DNA of 64,000 nucleotides, taken from the NCBI GenBank assembly GCA_036803685.1, contig DAIRTX010000010.1, positions 2,074 through 66,073 on the forward strand, given 5' to 3'. A model generated the notes under the pieces. It ran no database searches and was not told the DNA's origin. It worked only from the letters and a program-made list of their open reading frames with translations. The stretch's first letter is position 1. Each line of letters opens with the position of its first letter. This DNA is from Verrucomicrobiota bacterium (GTDB taxonomy: Bacteria > Verrucomicrobiota > Verrucomicrobiia > Limisphaerales > UBA11358). Shown here piece after piece: positions 48,500 to 57,774 of this stretch. Made by a program: the position numbers and the translations under genes.

Positions 48500-49498
48500 A
48501 TGATTCGTTCATTTGCCTTCACCACGCAGGGACGGTTGCACACCGGGGATATTGATCTGTTCCTGATGCCGACGTTGCTGGCGGACACCAACCTTTTCCT
48601 TTGGGTTGACCTCGAAGCGCCGACGGAGGAGGAGGTGCGCACGATTTTGGCGGATGTATTTCACTTTCATCCGCTGTCCATCGAGGACTGCGTCAAGACC
48701 AGTCCGTTGCCGAAGGTGGAGGAGTATTCGCCGAAGGAGGGGGATTTGTTCACCCCCTATCTTTTCATGGTCATTCACGCGGTGGATTACAGCCGCCAGA
48801 ACGGGCAATTTGCCACGAATGAACTGGATTTCTTCCTCGGCAAGAATTTTCTCGTGACCTATCACGAAAAACCGGTTCGCAGCGTGTTGTTGGTGGAGGA
48901 GCGCGCCGTCAAAAGTTCGGTGCTGATTGCCCGCGCGCCCGACCGGTTGGCCTACGCGCTGCTCGATTCGCTGGTGGACAATTACAAACCCGCGCTTGAC
49001 GAACTCTCCATGGAAATTGCCGAACTGGAGCAACAAGCCTTGCAGCACCCGAGCCAGAAGACGTTGAACAAAATCCTCCAGATCAAAAAAGAGGTCCTGC
49101 ACCTGCGCCAGATCATCGGGCCGCAACGCGAGGTGCTGGCGCGGTTTGCCGCGGGCGAATTCAAGCTCATTCGCGCCCACTTGGTGCCGTATTTCCGCGA
49201 CGTTTATGACACGCTTTTTCACATCGGCGAAATGGCGCATGGCTACACCGATTCGCTCACCGGCATTTTGCAGGTCTATCTGAACATGTCGTCCAATCAG
49301 ACCGGTGAAGTCGTCAAACTGCTCACGCTCATCACCGTCATCACCACGCCCCTGATGATGGTCGGCACGTGGTATGGCATGAACTTTCCTAACATGCCGG
49401 AATTTAGCTGGAAACACGGCTACCTCGTCGCCGGAATTGTCACCGTCATCTCCACGACGGTGACGTGTTGGTATTTCAAGAGGAAAAAATGGTTTTGA
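48500..49498 (+). CDS. corA: Magnesium/cobalt transporter CorA
   Basis: Start at MIRSFAF (the track ORF starts at 48422). 'YGMNFPNMPE' is the GMN motif, followed by the two C-terminal TM helices. Confidence 0.9.
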   Translation: MIRSFAFTTQGRLHTGDIDLFLMPTLLADTNLFLWVDLEAPTEEEVRTILADVFHFHPLSIEDCVKTSPLPKVEEYSPKEGDLFTPYLFMVIHAVDYSRQNGQFATNELDFFLGKNFLVTYHEKPVRSVLLVEERAVKSSVLIARAPDRLAYALLDSLVDNYKPALDELSMEIAELEQQALQHPSQKTLNKILQIKKEVLHLRQIIGPQREVLARFAAGEFKLIRAHLVPYFRDVYDTLFHIGEMAHGYTDSLTGILQVYLNMSSNQTGEVVKLLTLITVITTPLMMVGTWYGMNFPNMPEFSWKHGYLVAGIVTVISTTVTCWYFKRKKWF

Positions 49499-49518
49499 TG
49501 CCGGTTCAAAATGAAAAA

Positions 49519-50403
49519 ATGAAAACTCTGTTCACGTTGGCGGTGATTGTTTCTTTCCCGATTTTCTTGCGCGCGGAAATGCCGGCGCCGATTCCGCTCT
49601 GGCCGAACGGCGCACCCGGCGCGCTGGGCAGCACGAGCAACGACATCCCCACGCTCACGCCCTATCTGCCCGACTCCATCCCGCCGGGCGGGACGACGGG
49701 CGCGGCGCTGGTGATTTGTCCGGGCGGCGGCTACGGTCATCTCGCGCCGCATGAAGGAAATGATTACGCACTTTGGTTGAATCAGCATGGCGTGACCTGC
49801 TTCGTGTTGAAATACCGGCTCGGTTCGAGCGGCTACCGGCATCCGGCGATGTTGGAGGACGCGGCGCGCGCGATGCGATTGGTGCGGGCGCAGGCGGCGG
49901 ATTGGAAGATTGACCCGAAGCGCGTGGGCATCATGGGTTCATCGGCGGGCGGACATCTGGCGTCCATCTTGCTGACGCATTTTGATTCCGGCGATACAAA
50001 TGCCGCCGACCCGATTGAACGGCAAAGCTCGCGCCCGGACATCGGCATCCTTTGCTATCCGGTCATCACGATGGGCGAATACGCGCATCAGGGTTCAAAA
50101 ATCAATTTGCTCGGCACCCATCCGCCGCCGGAACTGGTCAAGTTGCTTTCCAGCGAACTGCAGGTGACCACGAACACGCCGCCGTGCTTCATCTGGTGCA
50201 CCTACGAGGACAAAACCGTGCCGATGGAAAACAGCCTGATGTTCGCCGAGGCGTTGAGGAAGGCCGCCGTGCCGTTTGATTTGCACATCTACCAAAAGGG
50301 CCGGCATGGTTTGGGACTCAACGACAACCCCCCGTTCGCCCATCCGCATCCGTGGGCGGGCAACTGTCTGTTCTGGCTGAAGGAGCAGGGGTTTGTGCAG
50401 TGA
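49519..50403 (+). CDS. Alpha/beta hydrolase (esterase/lipase, BD-FAE-like), secreted
   Basis: Start at MKTLFTLAVIV (signal peptide). Oxyanion 'CPGGGYGH' and nucleophile elbow 'GSSAGGHLA'. Confidence 0.85.
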   Translation: MKTLFTLAVIVSFPIFLRAEMPAPIPLWPNGAPGALGSTSNDIPTLTPYLPDSIPPGGTTGAALVICPGGGYGHLAPHEGNDYALWLNQHGVTCFVLKYRLGSSGYRHPAMLEDAARAMRLVRAQAADWKIDPKRVGIMGSSAGGHLASILLTHFDSGDTNAADPIERQSSRPDIGILCYPVITMGEYAHQGSKINLLGTHPPPELVKLLSSELQVTTNTPPCFIWCTYEDKTVPMENSLMFAEALRKAAVPFDLHIYQKGRHGLGLNDNPPFAHPHPWAGNCLFWLKEQGFVQ

Positions 50404-50565
50404 TTTAGTAAACAAAGCCGGCAGTCGCCGGTGTCTCAGTTCAGGAATTGGACAGTTTGACTTGTACCAAGTCATGACGGTTCGGGGTGCCAAGGCTCGT
50501 TAATTCTCTCACCGGATTTTTCCCCACTTCTTGGCATTGTCTATGCTAGCACCTTTGAAGAGATT

Positions 50566-51060
50566 ATGAATATTGTGAATCCGTCGAACCCCTTCCAAAT
50601 CCCATCTTGTTTGCAGAGGGCGGACAGTCAACAACGCCGTCGGGAGCGGTTTAAAAAGGGATTTATTGCTGCTGTGGTTGCCGTCGTAATCCTGCTGGTC
50701 GGGCTCTTGATTGCAGGTTGCATGAGCGAACAGACAGCGGCCACGACCCCGGTCAAAAAAGTAACAAAATCAACCGATTTGCCGGCATCCTGGACAAACC
50801 CGGCTTTGATGGTGGAGCAGAAGCCAAAGCCAGGTCCGCAATCGAATCTTAACGCCACCAGCCGGACCGCACCGCCCGTTTCAAAGGAGAAGGCAATGAC
50901 CGCCAGCCATCCCGAGGCTCTTTACGTGGTCAAATCCGGCGATAGCTTGACCCGCATTGCCAAAGTCCACGGAACAACGGTAAAAGCCCTAAAAGCGGCC
51001 AACGGTTTGGAGAGCGACCGCATTGTTGTCGGTGCCAGACTGAAAATACCCACAGCTTAA
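50566..51060 (+). CDS. Membrane-anchored LysM-domain protein
   Basis: 164 aa with TM 'FIAAVVAVVILLVGLLIAGC'. C-terminal 'YVVKSGDSLTRIAKVHGTTVKALKAANGLESDRIVVGARLKIP' is a LysM domain. Confidence 0.78.
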   Translation: MNIVNPSNPFQIPSCLQRADSQQRRRERFKKGFIAAVVAVVILLVGLLIAGCMSEQTAATTPVKKVTKSTDLPASWTNPALMVEQKPKPGPQSNLNATSRTAPPVSKEKAMTASHPEALYVVKSGDSLTRIAKVHGTTVKALKAANGLESDRIVVGARLKIPTA

Positions 51061-51342
51061 GCGCCCGTTGTTTACCCTCGCCTGAATCCTTTCTCCAGGA
51101 GGGGTGGGATTAATTTCGTCTTGGTTAAATTTCCTGCTTGCTTTACCCGCCGTTAAGTCTATTTTCCCGTCCGCCTGAACGCCGCGTGTGCGGATGTTCA
51201 TTGAGGCTGAGAAAAAGCAGTTAACCAACAACCTAACCTTTAACCTCCGTTGCCGTTTGCAGCGCGGTTTGTTAGGCAATGGAGTCTTCGAAGTCCGTTT
51301 CATCGGACGACCAAGCCTCCCGCAGTTCAACCCGGAATAGTT

Positions 51343-53010
51343 ATGCTCACGATGGAAGAAGCCATGAAGCAAAGCGCGACGCGTTTTGCCGCCGGCGAAA
51401 TTGTCAAAGGCACAATCATCGAAGTCCGCCCGAAGGAAGTTTTGGTGGACATCGGATACAAAAGCGAAGGCGTCATCCCCACCAATGAATTTGCAGACGC
51501 CAACGCGCTCAAGGTCGGCGGCGAAATTGATGTCCTCATCGAAAAACTCGAAAACAAGGACGGCACGGTCGAACTCTCGCACGAAAAGGCCGAGTTCAAG
51601 AAAAATTGGGAGCGCATCCTCACCATTTGCAACGAGGGCGGCACGATCCAGGGCAAGGTCAAGTCAATCGTCAAAGGCGGCCTGGTCGTCAACATCGGCG
51701 TCGAGGCGTTTTTGCCCGCGTCGCAAATTGATGTCATCACGCCGAGGAATCTCGCGCAATTCGTCAACAACACCTACGAATTCAAGGTCGTCAAAATCAA
51801 TCAGGAGCGGCAGAACATCGTGCTCTCGCGCCGCGAATTGATCGAGCAGGAGCGCAATGAAAAACGCGCCAAACTGCTGGCCGAAATGGTGCCGGGCGAC
51901 ATCCGCAAGGGCACGGTCAAGAACATTACTGATTTCGGCGCGTTCATCGAGTTGAACGGCATTGACGGCCTGCTTCACATCACGGACATGAGCTGGGGCC
52001 GAATCGCGCATCCATCGGAAATCCTCAAGGTCGGCCAGGAAATTGACGTGGTCGTGCTCGACGTGAACAAGGAAAAGGAACGCGTCAGCCTCGGCCTCAA
52101 GCAAAAAATGGCCAACCCGTGGGACAACATCGAGACCAAGTATCCCGTCGGCGCGAAGGTCAAGGGCAAGGTCGTCAGCCTCGTGCCTTATGGCGCGTTT
52201 GTGCAATTGGAGATGGGGGTTGAAGGTCTCGTTCACGTCACTGAATTGTCGTGGACCAAACGCGTGGCCAAGCCCAGCGACGTGCTCAAGCAGGACCAGG
52301 AAATTGAAGCCGTCGTGCTCGGCATCAATCGCGAGGAACAAAAAATTTCCCTCGGCATTCGCCAGCTTGAATCGAATCCTTGGGACAACGTCGAGCAAAA
52401 ATACCAGGTCAGCGCCCGGGTCAAAGGCAAGGTGCGCAACCTCACCAGCTACGGCGCGTTTGTGGAATTGGAAGAGGGCATTGACGGCATGATTCACGTG
52501 TCCGACGTGTCGTGGACGCGCAAGATCAATCACCCGTCTGAAGTCCTCAAGAAGGGCGACGAAGTTGAAGCCGTCGTGCTCGAAGTGGACCGTCCGAACC
52601 AGCGCATCGCGCTGGGCATCAAACAACTCTCACAAGACCCGTGGGCGAACATTGACCAGCTTTACAAGGTCGGCGATGTCGTTCAAGGCAAGGTCACGAA
52701 ACTCGCGAGCTTCGGCGCATTCATCGGTTTGCAACACGACATTGACGGTCTCGTGCACATCTCGCAGGTCAGCGAGGAGCGCGTGGACAAAATCAAAAAC
52801 GTGCTCAAGGCCGGCCAGGAGGTGACCGCCCGCGTCATCAAGATTGACAAAGGCGAACGCCGCATCGGCCTTTCCATCAAGGCCGCCAGCTACACCGAAG
52901 AACAACTCAAGGAAGAGCAGAAAATTTTCGATGCGCTCAAACCCGGCGAAGACCTCGTGGCGCTGCAACACGCCTTCGACGCCGCCGACGAAGCGCAGAA
53001 ATCGGAGTAA
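51343..53010 (+). CDS. rpsA: 30S ribosomal protein S1
   Basis: Start at MLTMEEAMKQ (the track ORF begins at 51250). It has six S1-domain repeats such as 'GTVKNITDFGAFIEL' and 'GKVVSLVPYGAFVQL'. Confidence 0.96.
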   Translation: MLTMEEAMKQSATRFAAGEIVKGTIIEVRPKEVLVDIGYKSEGVIPTNEFADANALKVGGEIDVLIEKLENKDGTVELSHEKAEFKKNWERILTICNEGGTIQGKVKSIVKGGLVVNIGVEAFLPASQIDVITPRNLAQFVNNTYEFKVVKINQERQNIVLSRRELIEQERNEKRAKLLAEMVPGDIRKGTVKNITDFGAFIELNGIDGLLHITDMSWGRIAHPSEILKVGQEIDVVVLDVNKEKERVSLGLKQKMANPWDNIETKYPVGAKVKGKVVSLVPYGAFVQLEMGVEGLVHVTELSWTKRVAKPSDVLKQDQEIEAVVLGINREEQKISLGIRQLESNPWDNVEQKYQVSARVKGKVRNLTSYGAFVELEEGIDGMIHVSDVSWTRKINHPSEVLKKGDEVEAVVLEVDRPNQRIALGIKQLSQDPWANIDQLYKVGDVVQGKVTKLASFGAFIGLQHDIDGLVHISQVSEERVDKIKNVLKAGQEVTARVIKIDKGERRIGLSIKAASYTEEQLKEEQKIFDALKPGEDLVALQHAFDAADEAQKSE

Positions 53011-53037
53011 TTACTCTGCCAGATTGAATTCACACGC

Positions 53038-53070
53038 AGGCGGGCCGGCAACGGTCCGCCTGTTTTGTTT
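53038..53070 (+). terminator. Rho-independent terminator of rpsA
   Basis: AGGCGGGCC-ggcaac-GGTCCGCCT (9-bp stem including one G-U pair) followed by GTTTTGTTT. Confidence 0.75.
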
Positions 53071-53084
53071 GAAATCCAAGCCTG

Positions 53085-53148
53085 CGTAGCCGCCGACGTC
53101 AGTCGGCGCACACTTTTCAAATGGCGCGGACTGACGTCCGCGGCTACG
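53085..53148. repeat. GTAGCCGCC...GCGGCTAC family palindromic element (intergenic copy)
   Basis: GCGTAGCCGCCGACGTCAGTCGGCGC-acacttttcaaat-GGCGCGGACTGACGTCCGCGGCTACG. It forms a long near-perfect hairpin. Confidence 0.88.
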
Positions 53149-53166
53149 AACAAACCAGCTTTGCCC

Positions 53167-53748
53167 TCACGAAATCAGTGACCGGTGCTGGTAATGCAGG
53201 ATTTTGAACTCCGGCGTGTCGCGGATTTCTTCAGCCAGCACGAACCGGCCTTCAAACGGCGGGAAAAACGCGTCGCCTTCCACCTCGCGTTTGACCAGCG
53301 TGAGGTAAAGATCGGAACAGCGCGGCAACATCTGCGCGTAAATTTCCGCGCCACCGCAGATGAAAATTTCATTGGGGAATTCCGACGGATCCAGCCGCTC
53401 CAGCGAGTTGAAAACTAGCAGTTCCGTCTTTTGGTCCTTCTCCAGTTTGCTAAAATGAAACTGGTAGGCGCGCTTGAGATAACGACCGCCGCGCCACTCG
53501 TGATATTGCCCGAAAATTTCCGGATGACTTTTGATGAGCCGCTGCGGATGCCGCGTCAGGATCAGATTCTTCCGGTTTGGCAGCGGCTGGCCCAGGCTTT
53601 CAAACGTCTTGCGCCCCATGACGATGACGTTGCCCATCGTCATTTTTTTGAACCACTTGAAATCCTCCGGCAGATGCCACGGGATTTTGCCGTCCGCGCC
53701 AATCACGCGGTTCTGCGACATCGCCGCAATGGCCTTGAAGTATTTCAC
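53167..53748 (-). CDS. folA: Dihydrofolate reductase
   Basis: '[48 protein letters not shown]'. I prefer the GTG start at 53748, which gives the canonical N-terminal beta-strand. The ATG at 53775 (track) and the ATG at 53721 are alternatives. Confidence 0.9.
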   Translation of the reverse strand: MKYFKAIAAMSQNRVIGADGKIPWHLPEDFKWFKKMTMGNVIVMGRKTFESLGQPLPNRKNLILTRHPQRLIKSHPEIFGQYHEWRGGRYLKRAYQFHFSKLEKDQKTELLVFNSLERLDPSEFPNEIFICGGAEIYAQMLPRCSDLYLTLVKREVEGDAFFPPFEGRFVLAEEIRDTPEFKILHYQHRSLIS

Positions 53749-53760
53749 ACGTGGAGTTTT

Positions 53761-53819
53761 AACGCAAAGACGCAAGGTCGCAAAGATTCATTTACTCTGC
53801 GCCTTTGCGCCTTTGCGTT
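53761..53819. repeat. Hairpin element AACGCAAAGACGCAAGGTCGCAAAG ... CTGCGCCTTTGCGCCTTTGCGTT between thyA and folA
   Basis: The arms are reverse complements by direct reading. A related CAAAG/CTTCG-type element lies at about 43800..43870. Confidence 0.75.
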
Positions 53820-53829
53820 GGAATTCTTC

Positions 53830-54624
53830 TTAAACCGCAATTGGCGCTTTGATGGCCGGGTGCGGGTCGTAGCCGGCCAGCTCGAAATCCTCGAACTTGA
53901 AGTGGTCGATGTTTTTCACGGCCGGATTCAATTTCATTTGCGGCAGCGGACGCGGTTCGCGCGAAAGCTGTAGCTTCGCCTGCTCGACGTGGTTGCTGTA
54001 AAGATGCAGGTCGCCGAACGTGTGGACGAAATCGCCCGGCTTCAATCCGCAAACCTGCGCCACCATCAGCGTGAGCAGTGCGTAGCTGGCGATGTTGAAA
54101 GGCACGCCCAGGAAAATATCCGCGCTCCGCTGGTAAAGCTGGCAGCTCAACTCGCCGTCGCTGACGTAGAACTGGAACAGCGCGTGGCACGGCGGCAGCG
54201 CCATTTTGTCAATTTCGCCCGGATTCCACGCGCTGACGATGTGCCTTCGGCTGTCGGGATTCTTTTTGATCTGCTCGATGACCTGGTCAATTTGATTGAT
54301 GGAGCGTCCGTCGGGCGCGCGCCAGTCGCACCATTGCGCGCCGTAAATGCGGCCCAGGTTGCCGTCCTTGTCCGCCCATTCATCCCAAATCGTCACGCCG
54401 TGCTCGTTGAGCCATTTGACGTTCGTGTCGCCGCGCAAAAACCACAGCAGCTCATAAATGATGGATTTGGTATGGACTTTCTTGGTCGTGAGCAGCGGGA
54501 AATTGTTTCGTAAATCAAACCGCGCCTGCGCGCCAAACACGGAATACGTGCCGGTGCCGGTGCGGTCAGCCTTGGGTTTTCCGTGCTCCAGGACATGTCG
54601 CAGCAGATTGAGGTATTGAATCAT
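53830..54624 (-). CDS. thyA: Thymidylate synthase (ThyA type)
   Basis: 264 aa. '[15 protein letters not shown]...DRTGTGT' and '[12 protein letters not shown]'. Confidence 0.97.
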   Translation of the reverse strand: MIQYLNLLRHVLEHGKPKADRTGTGTYSVFGAQARFDLRNNFPLLTTKKVHTKSIIYELLWFLRGDTNVKWLNEHGVTIWDEWADKDGNLGRIYGAQWCDWRAPDGRSINQIDQVIEQIKKNPDSRRHIVSAWNPGEIDKMALPPCHALFQFYVSDGELSCQLYQRSADIFLGVPFNIASYALLTLMVAQVCGLKPGDFVHTFGDLHLYSNHVEQAKLQLSREPRPLPQMKLNPAVKNIDHFKFEDFELAGYDPHPAIKAPIAV

Positions 54625-54627
54625 CGC

Positions 54628-54750
54628 GGGAAAAATTTAACCACGAAATGGGCGAAGGAAAAAGAAATTTAGCCGGGTGAAAAATCTTTTAGCCACAGAT
54701 GAGATACGGATTGCATCAGTGAAAATCTGTGTCATTGATTTGAGGAATTG
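54628..54750. repeat. Composite intergenic repeat: 17-nt GAAAAATTTAACCACGA motif plus CACAGAT...ATCTGTG hairpin
   Basis: The 17-mer at 54630..54646 is identical to 28064..28080. The hairpin 54694..54731 has CACAGAT/ATCTGTG stems. Confidence 0.75.
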
Positions 54751-54787
54751 AAATCGGCTCGCCACGCCAGGCTTTTGTTGTGAAACT

Positions 54788-55204
54788 GTGCGCGTCATGC
54801 GAATCCTCGCCCTCGATCACGGAAGCAAGCGCATCGGTGTGGCGGTGAGCGATGAAACCAAAACCATCGCGCAGCCGCTGGAATATATTCCCGCCGAGCC
54901 GTTCGCGGATTTCCTGGCGCGGCTCCGGCAATTGATCCAGGAAAAGGAAATTGACCTGATCCTCATCGGCCTGCCGCGCAACATGGACGGCAGCTACGGC
55001 CCGGCGGCGTTCAAAGTGGAGACATTCGTTGCTGCGCTGAAAGATGCCGTTGCCGTTCCGATCAAAACCTGGGACGAGCGGCTGACCTCGGCGCAGGCGA
55101 ACCGGGTTTTGATTCAAGGCGGGGCGCGTCGGGACAAACGCAAAGAGAAAGTGGACCAGACGGCGGCGGCAATCCTGTTGCAAAGCTATCTGGATGGGAT
55201 TTGA
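54788..55204 (+). CDS. ruvX: Putative pre-16S rRNA nuclease / Holliday-junction-resolvase-like YqgF
   Basis: 138 aa. 'MRILALDHGSKRIGVAVSD' and 'DERLTSAQA' are YqgF signatures. An alternative start is at 54797. Confidence 0.9.
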   Translation: MRVMRILALDHGSKRIGVAVSDETKTIAQPLEYIPAEPFADFLARLRQLIQEKEIDLILIGLPRNMDGSYGPAAFKVETFVAALKDAVAVPIKTWDERLTSAQANRVLIQGGARRDKRKEKVDQTAAAILLQSYLDGI

Positions 55205-55249
55205 ATGACAAAGACGTGAAGGCACAAAGAAGCCTCTTCTCAACACCCG

Positions 55250-55312
55250 GTAGGAGCCGAGGTGACGAGGCTCAAATTAAAGAAAATTGAGACTCCTTAC
55301 GTCGTCTCCTAC
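55250..55312. repeat. Palindromic element GTAGGAGCCGAGGTGACGAGGCTCAA ... TTGAGACTCCTTACGTCGTCTCCTAC
   Basis: The arms match at 21/26 positions as reverse complements, by direct count. Confidence 0.78.
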
Positions 55313-55380
55313 AATTTTGAAATGAAAGCGAGCCAGATTGTTTCGTCAAACTTTGTTCCTTTGTTGCTTTGTTGTTAAAA

Positions 55381-56193
55381 ATGCAGCCCCTCAAATTCAA
55401 ACTGACCATTGCCTACGACGGCACGGGCTATGAAGGCTGGCAGGTGCAAAAAACCGGCACGGGCGTGCAGGAAAAAGTTGAAACGGCGCTGGCAAAGTTG
55501 TTTCCGAGCAAGCCGCGCCTCCACAGCGCCAGCCGCACGGATACCGGCGTTCATGCGCTCGGCATGGTCGCGCATTTTGAAATTCCCGGCGCCGAAGCCA
55601 AAATGTCCGTGCGCCAACTCACGTTGGCGCTCAATGCCTGGCTCCCGGAAGACATTCGTGTGCTTTCCGCTTCACGCGCGCCGAAAGAATTTCACGCGCG
55701 CTTCGACGCGGCGGGCAAACAATATCGCTATTTCGTCTGGAATCATCCGGCCATGAATCCGCTGATTCGCCATACCGCGTGGCATGTGACGCGCCCGCTC
55801 AACTTGAAGGCCATGCGCACCGCCGCGCCGCTGTTTGTCGGACGGCGTGATTTCAAATCGTTCGCCGCCAGCCGAAATTACGAGATGAAATCAACCGTGC
55901 GCCGGCTCACCCGCTGTGACATCAAAAAGTCCGGCCCGCAACTGACGTTTATCATCGAAGGTGACGGTTTTCTTTACAAAATGTGCCGCGGCATCGTGGG
56001 GACGCTGGTGCAGATCGGTCTGGGCAAATTTCCGGCGGATGAAATCCGGCGGATGCTGGCGAAAAAGGACCGGCGCGTGGCCGGCATGACCGCACCGGCG
56101 CAGGGGCTGGTGTTGTGGAAGGTATTTTATAACGTGCTTCCGGCGTCTCGCCGGAAGAACAAATCTGCCGGCAGGATGCCGGCAGCACGTTGA
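55381..56193 (+). CDS. truA: tRNA pseudouridine(38-40) synthase TruA
   Basis: Start at MQPLKFKLTIAYDGTGYEGWQ. It has the 'RTDTGVHA' catalytic Asp motif. The last ~18 codons and the stop lie within a twin-hairpin repeat. Confidence 0.93.
   Translation: MQPLKFKLTIAYDGTGYEGWQVQKTGTGVQEKVETALAKLFPSKPRLHSASRTDTGVHALGMVAHFEIPGAEAKMSVRQLTLALNAWLPEDIRVLSASRAPKEFHARFDAAGKQYRYFVWNHPAMNPLIRHTAWHVTRPLNLKAMRTAAPLFVGRRDFKSFAASRNYEMKSTVRRLTRCDIKKSGPQLTFIIEGDGFLYKMCRGIVGTLVQIGLGKFPADEIRRMLAKKDRRVAGMTAPAQGLVLWKVFYNVLPASRRKNKSAGRMPAAR
56137..56185. repeat. Twin-hairpin element forming the truA 3' end (CTTCCGGCG-tct-CGCCGGAAG ... CTGCCGGC-aggat-GCCGGCAG)
   Basis: Two perfect stems of 9 and 8 bp. It is the inverted counterpart of the recG element at 16104..16159. 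Confidence 0.88.
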
Positions 56194-56196
56194 GCC

Positions 56197-56664
56197 ATGA
56201 ACATTGTTCTGGTTGAACCGGAAATTCCGCCGAACACGGGCAACGTGGCCCGCCTTTGCGCAGCCACAACAACGACGTTGCACCTCATCGAGCCGTTCGG
56301 TTTCAAACTCGATGACGCGCAACTCAAGCGCGCGGGCATGGATTACTGGCAGCGCGTCGAGTGGCATCGGTGGCCGAACTGGAAGGCGTTTGAAGAAAAA
56401 CTGCCGGCGAACGCGCGGCTGTGGTTTGTTGAGTCCGGCGGGCCGAAGATTTACAGCGACGTGAAATTTTCAGCGGATGATTATCTGGTTTTTGGACGCG
56501 AGACCGCCGGTTTGCCGAAGCAGTTGCTGGAACAAAACCGTGACCGGTGGCTGCGGATTCCGATGTTCAATGAAAAATCGCGCTCGCTGAATCTGTCGAA
56601 CTGTGCGGCGCTGGTTTTATTTGAGGCATTGCGCCAGCAGGGTTTCAAAGGCGAAATCCGTTAA
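56197..56664 (+). CDS. trmL: tRNA (cytidine/uridine34-2'-O)-methyltransferase TrmL (SpoU/TrmH family)
   Basis: 155 aa. 'IVLVEPEIPPNTGNVARLCAAT' and 'LVFGRETAGLP...IPM...RSLNLSNCAALVLFEALRQ'. Confidence 0.92.
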   Translation: MNIVLVEPEIPPNTGNVARLCAATTTTLHLIEPFGFKLDDAQLKRAGMDYWQRVEWHRWPNWKAFEEKLPANARLWFVESGGPKIYSDVKFSADDYLVFGRETAGLPKQLLEQNRDRWLRIPMFNEKSRSLNLSNCAALVLFEALRQQGFKGEIR

Positions 56665-56865
56665 ATTATCGGGGCGGCATCCCATTGGGGGATTCTGCAA
56701 AAAAGACTGAAAAATCTGCATGTCACCGGTTTGATGCGCCCCCCAACGTACACACCCGGCAGAGGGCAACATTCACCGCTGCAATTACTTATGCGGACCA
56801 TTGACCTGCATTTTGCGCCCACAATGACGTGAATCCCCACCGTCACCGATGCGGCACAAAGGAAC

Positions 56866-57075
56866 TTGAAAGGAGAATCGTCCGGCTTCACAGTCACGAA
56901 CAGGCGAGCGAAATCCCCGCGCGTGCTGCTGGTGCTGGGTTGGTACGATTACCGGCGGCATTGCGGCATTGAAAAATATGCGCAGGAACATGGCTGGCGG
57001 CGGTCCGGGGATTTGGTGCGGGAAAAGGTTGTTCCGTGGGGTTGGGATGGTGACGGCATCCTGGCCTGGCTGGGT
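56866..57075 (+). pseudogene. N-terminal remnant of a XylR/AraC-type regulator with periplasmic-binding-protein-like domain
   Basis: 'SPRVLLVLGWYDYRRHCGIEKYAQEHGW...WGWDGDGILAW' resembles only the first ~70 aa of that family. The frame then runs into antisense of the DUF3800 remnant. Confidence 0.4.
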
Positions 57076-57330
57076 GCGGGCATTTTCCGTCGCGTGAAAA
57101 TACCCCAGCGCCGTGCCTTGCTCGACCAGATCGTATTTCAACTCCGTGAGTTCCTTGTAGGCGTTGAAAGGACGCTCCTTGGTGATGCTGCCGAGCGCAA
57201 AGAACCGTGAACCGTTGGGTGAAAAATCCAGATTCCCGGCTTCGTCGAGAAAGATATAGAGAAACCGTTCGCGGCTGGAAATGCGACCGTCGAGAAAGCC
57301 GGGGGACTGATCTTTGGGTTCTTTAGGCAT
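57075..57330 (-). pseudogene. N-terminal remnant of a DUF3800-family gene
   Basis: 'FLYIFLDEAGNLDFSPNGSRFFALGSI...GYFHATEN' is a DUF3800-like N-terminus. The remaining ~95 codons of track ORF 56785..57330 look non-homologous and low in complexity. Confidence 0.5.
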
Positions 57331-57439
57331 TTGATTATCGCGGCGAGAGTGACGAAGCGTGCGGCGATTGCAAAGATGCGAATTTTATTTTCGGCGAGAC
57401 GCCCGCACGGACCTGAATAAAAGCAGTGGCAAAGGATTT

Positions 57440-57765
57440 CCTGATTTGTCTTCGGGTCGCAGTCCACAAGCACGGCAGTCGCGCCGGTGATCCAGATTGT
57501 TTCCGCCGTGGCGAAGAAGGGGTTCGGATGCGTGATGACTTCGTCGCCCGCTCCGATGCCCAGCGCCATCAAGGTCAGCCAGATGGCATCCGTGCCATTG
57601 CCGACGCCGATGGCGTATTTCATGCCGTGGAACGCGGCCAGTTCCTTTTCAAACTGCTTGTTGGCCCCTGAACATACTCGCCACTTTCCAATACTTTCTT
57701 GATGTTGGCGTCAATCGCCGACTTTTATTTTTGTTTTCTCCATTCTTGTTCTTGTAGGTTGAGGT
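57440..57765 (-). pseudogene. Frameshifted, 3'-truncated DegT/DnrJ/EryC1/StrS-type aminotransferase remnant
   Basis: The family-typical segments sit in different frames. 'AIDANIKKVLESGEYVQGP' (about 57662-57718) is one frame off from 'NKQFEKELAAFHGMKYAIGVGNGTDAIWLTLMALGIGAGDEVITHPNPFFATAETIWITGATAVLVDCDPKT'. Homology ends at about 57440, well before the PLP-lysine region. Confidence 0.6.
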
Positions 57766-57774
57766 TGTGACTGC

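Noticed and set aside
49465-49518. The upstream ATGs of the hydrolase ORF, which overlap the corA 3' end.
   Set aside because: The ATG at 49519 yields a standard signal peptide. The upstream codons overlap corA and add no recognisable sequence.
53167-54624. The thyA-folA pair as a mobile trimethoprim-resistance cassette.
   Set aside because: This is the ordinary chromosomal thyA-folA operon arrangement. Its composition matches the flanks, and there are no integron or transposon features.
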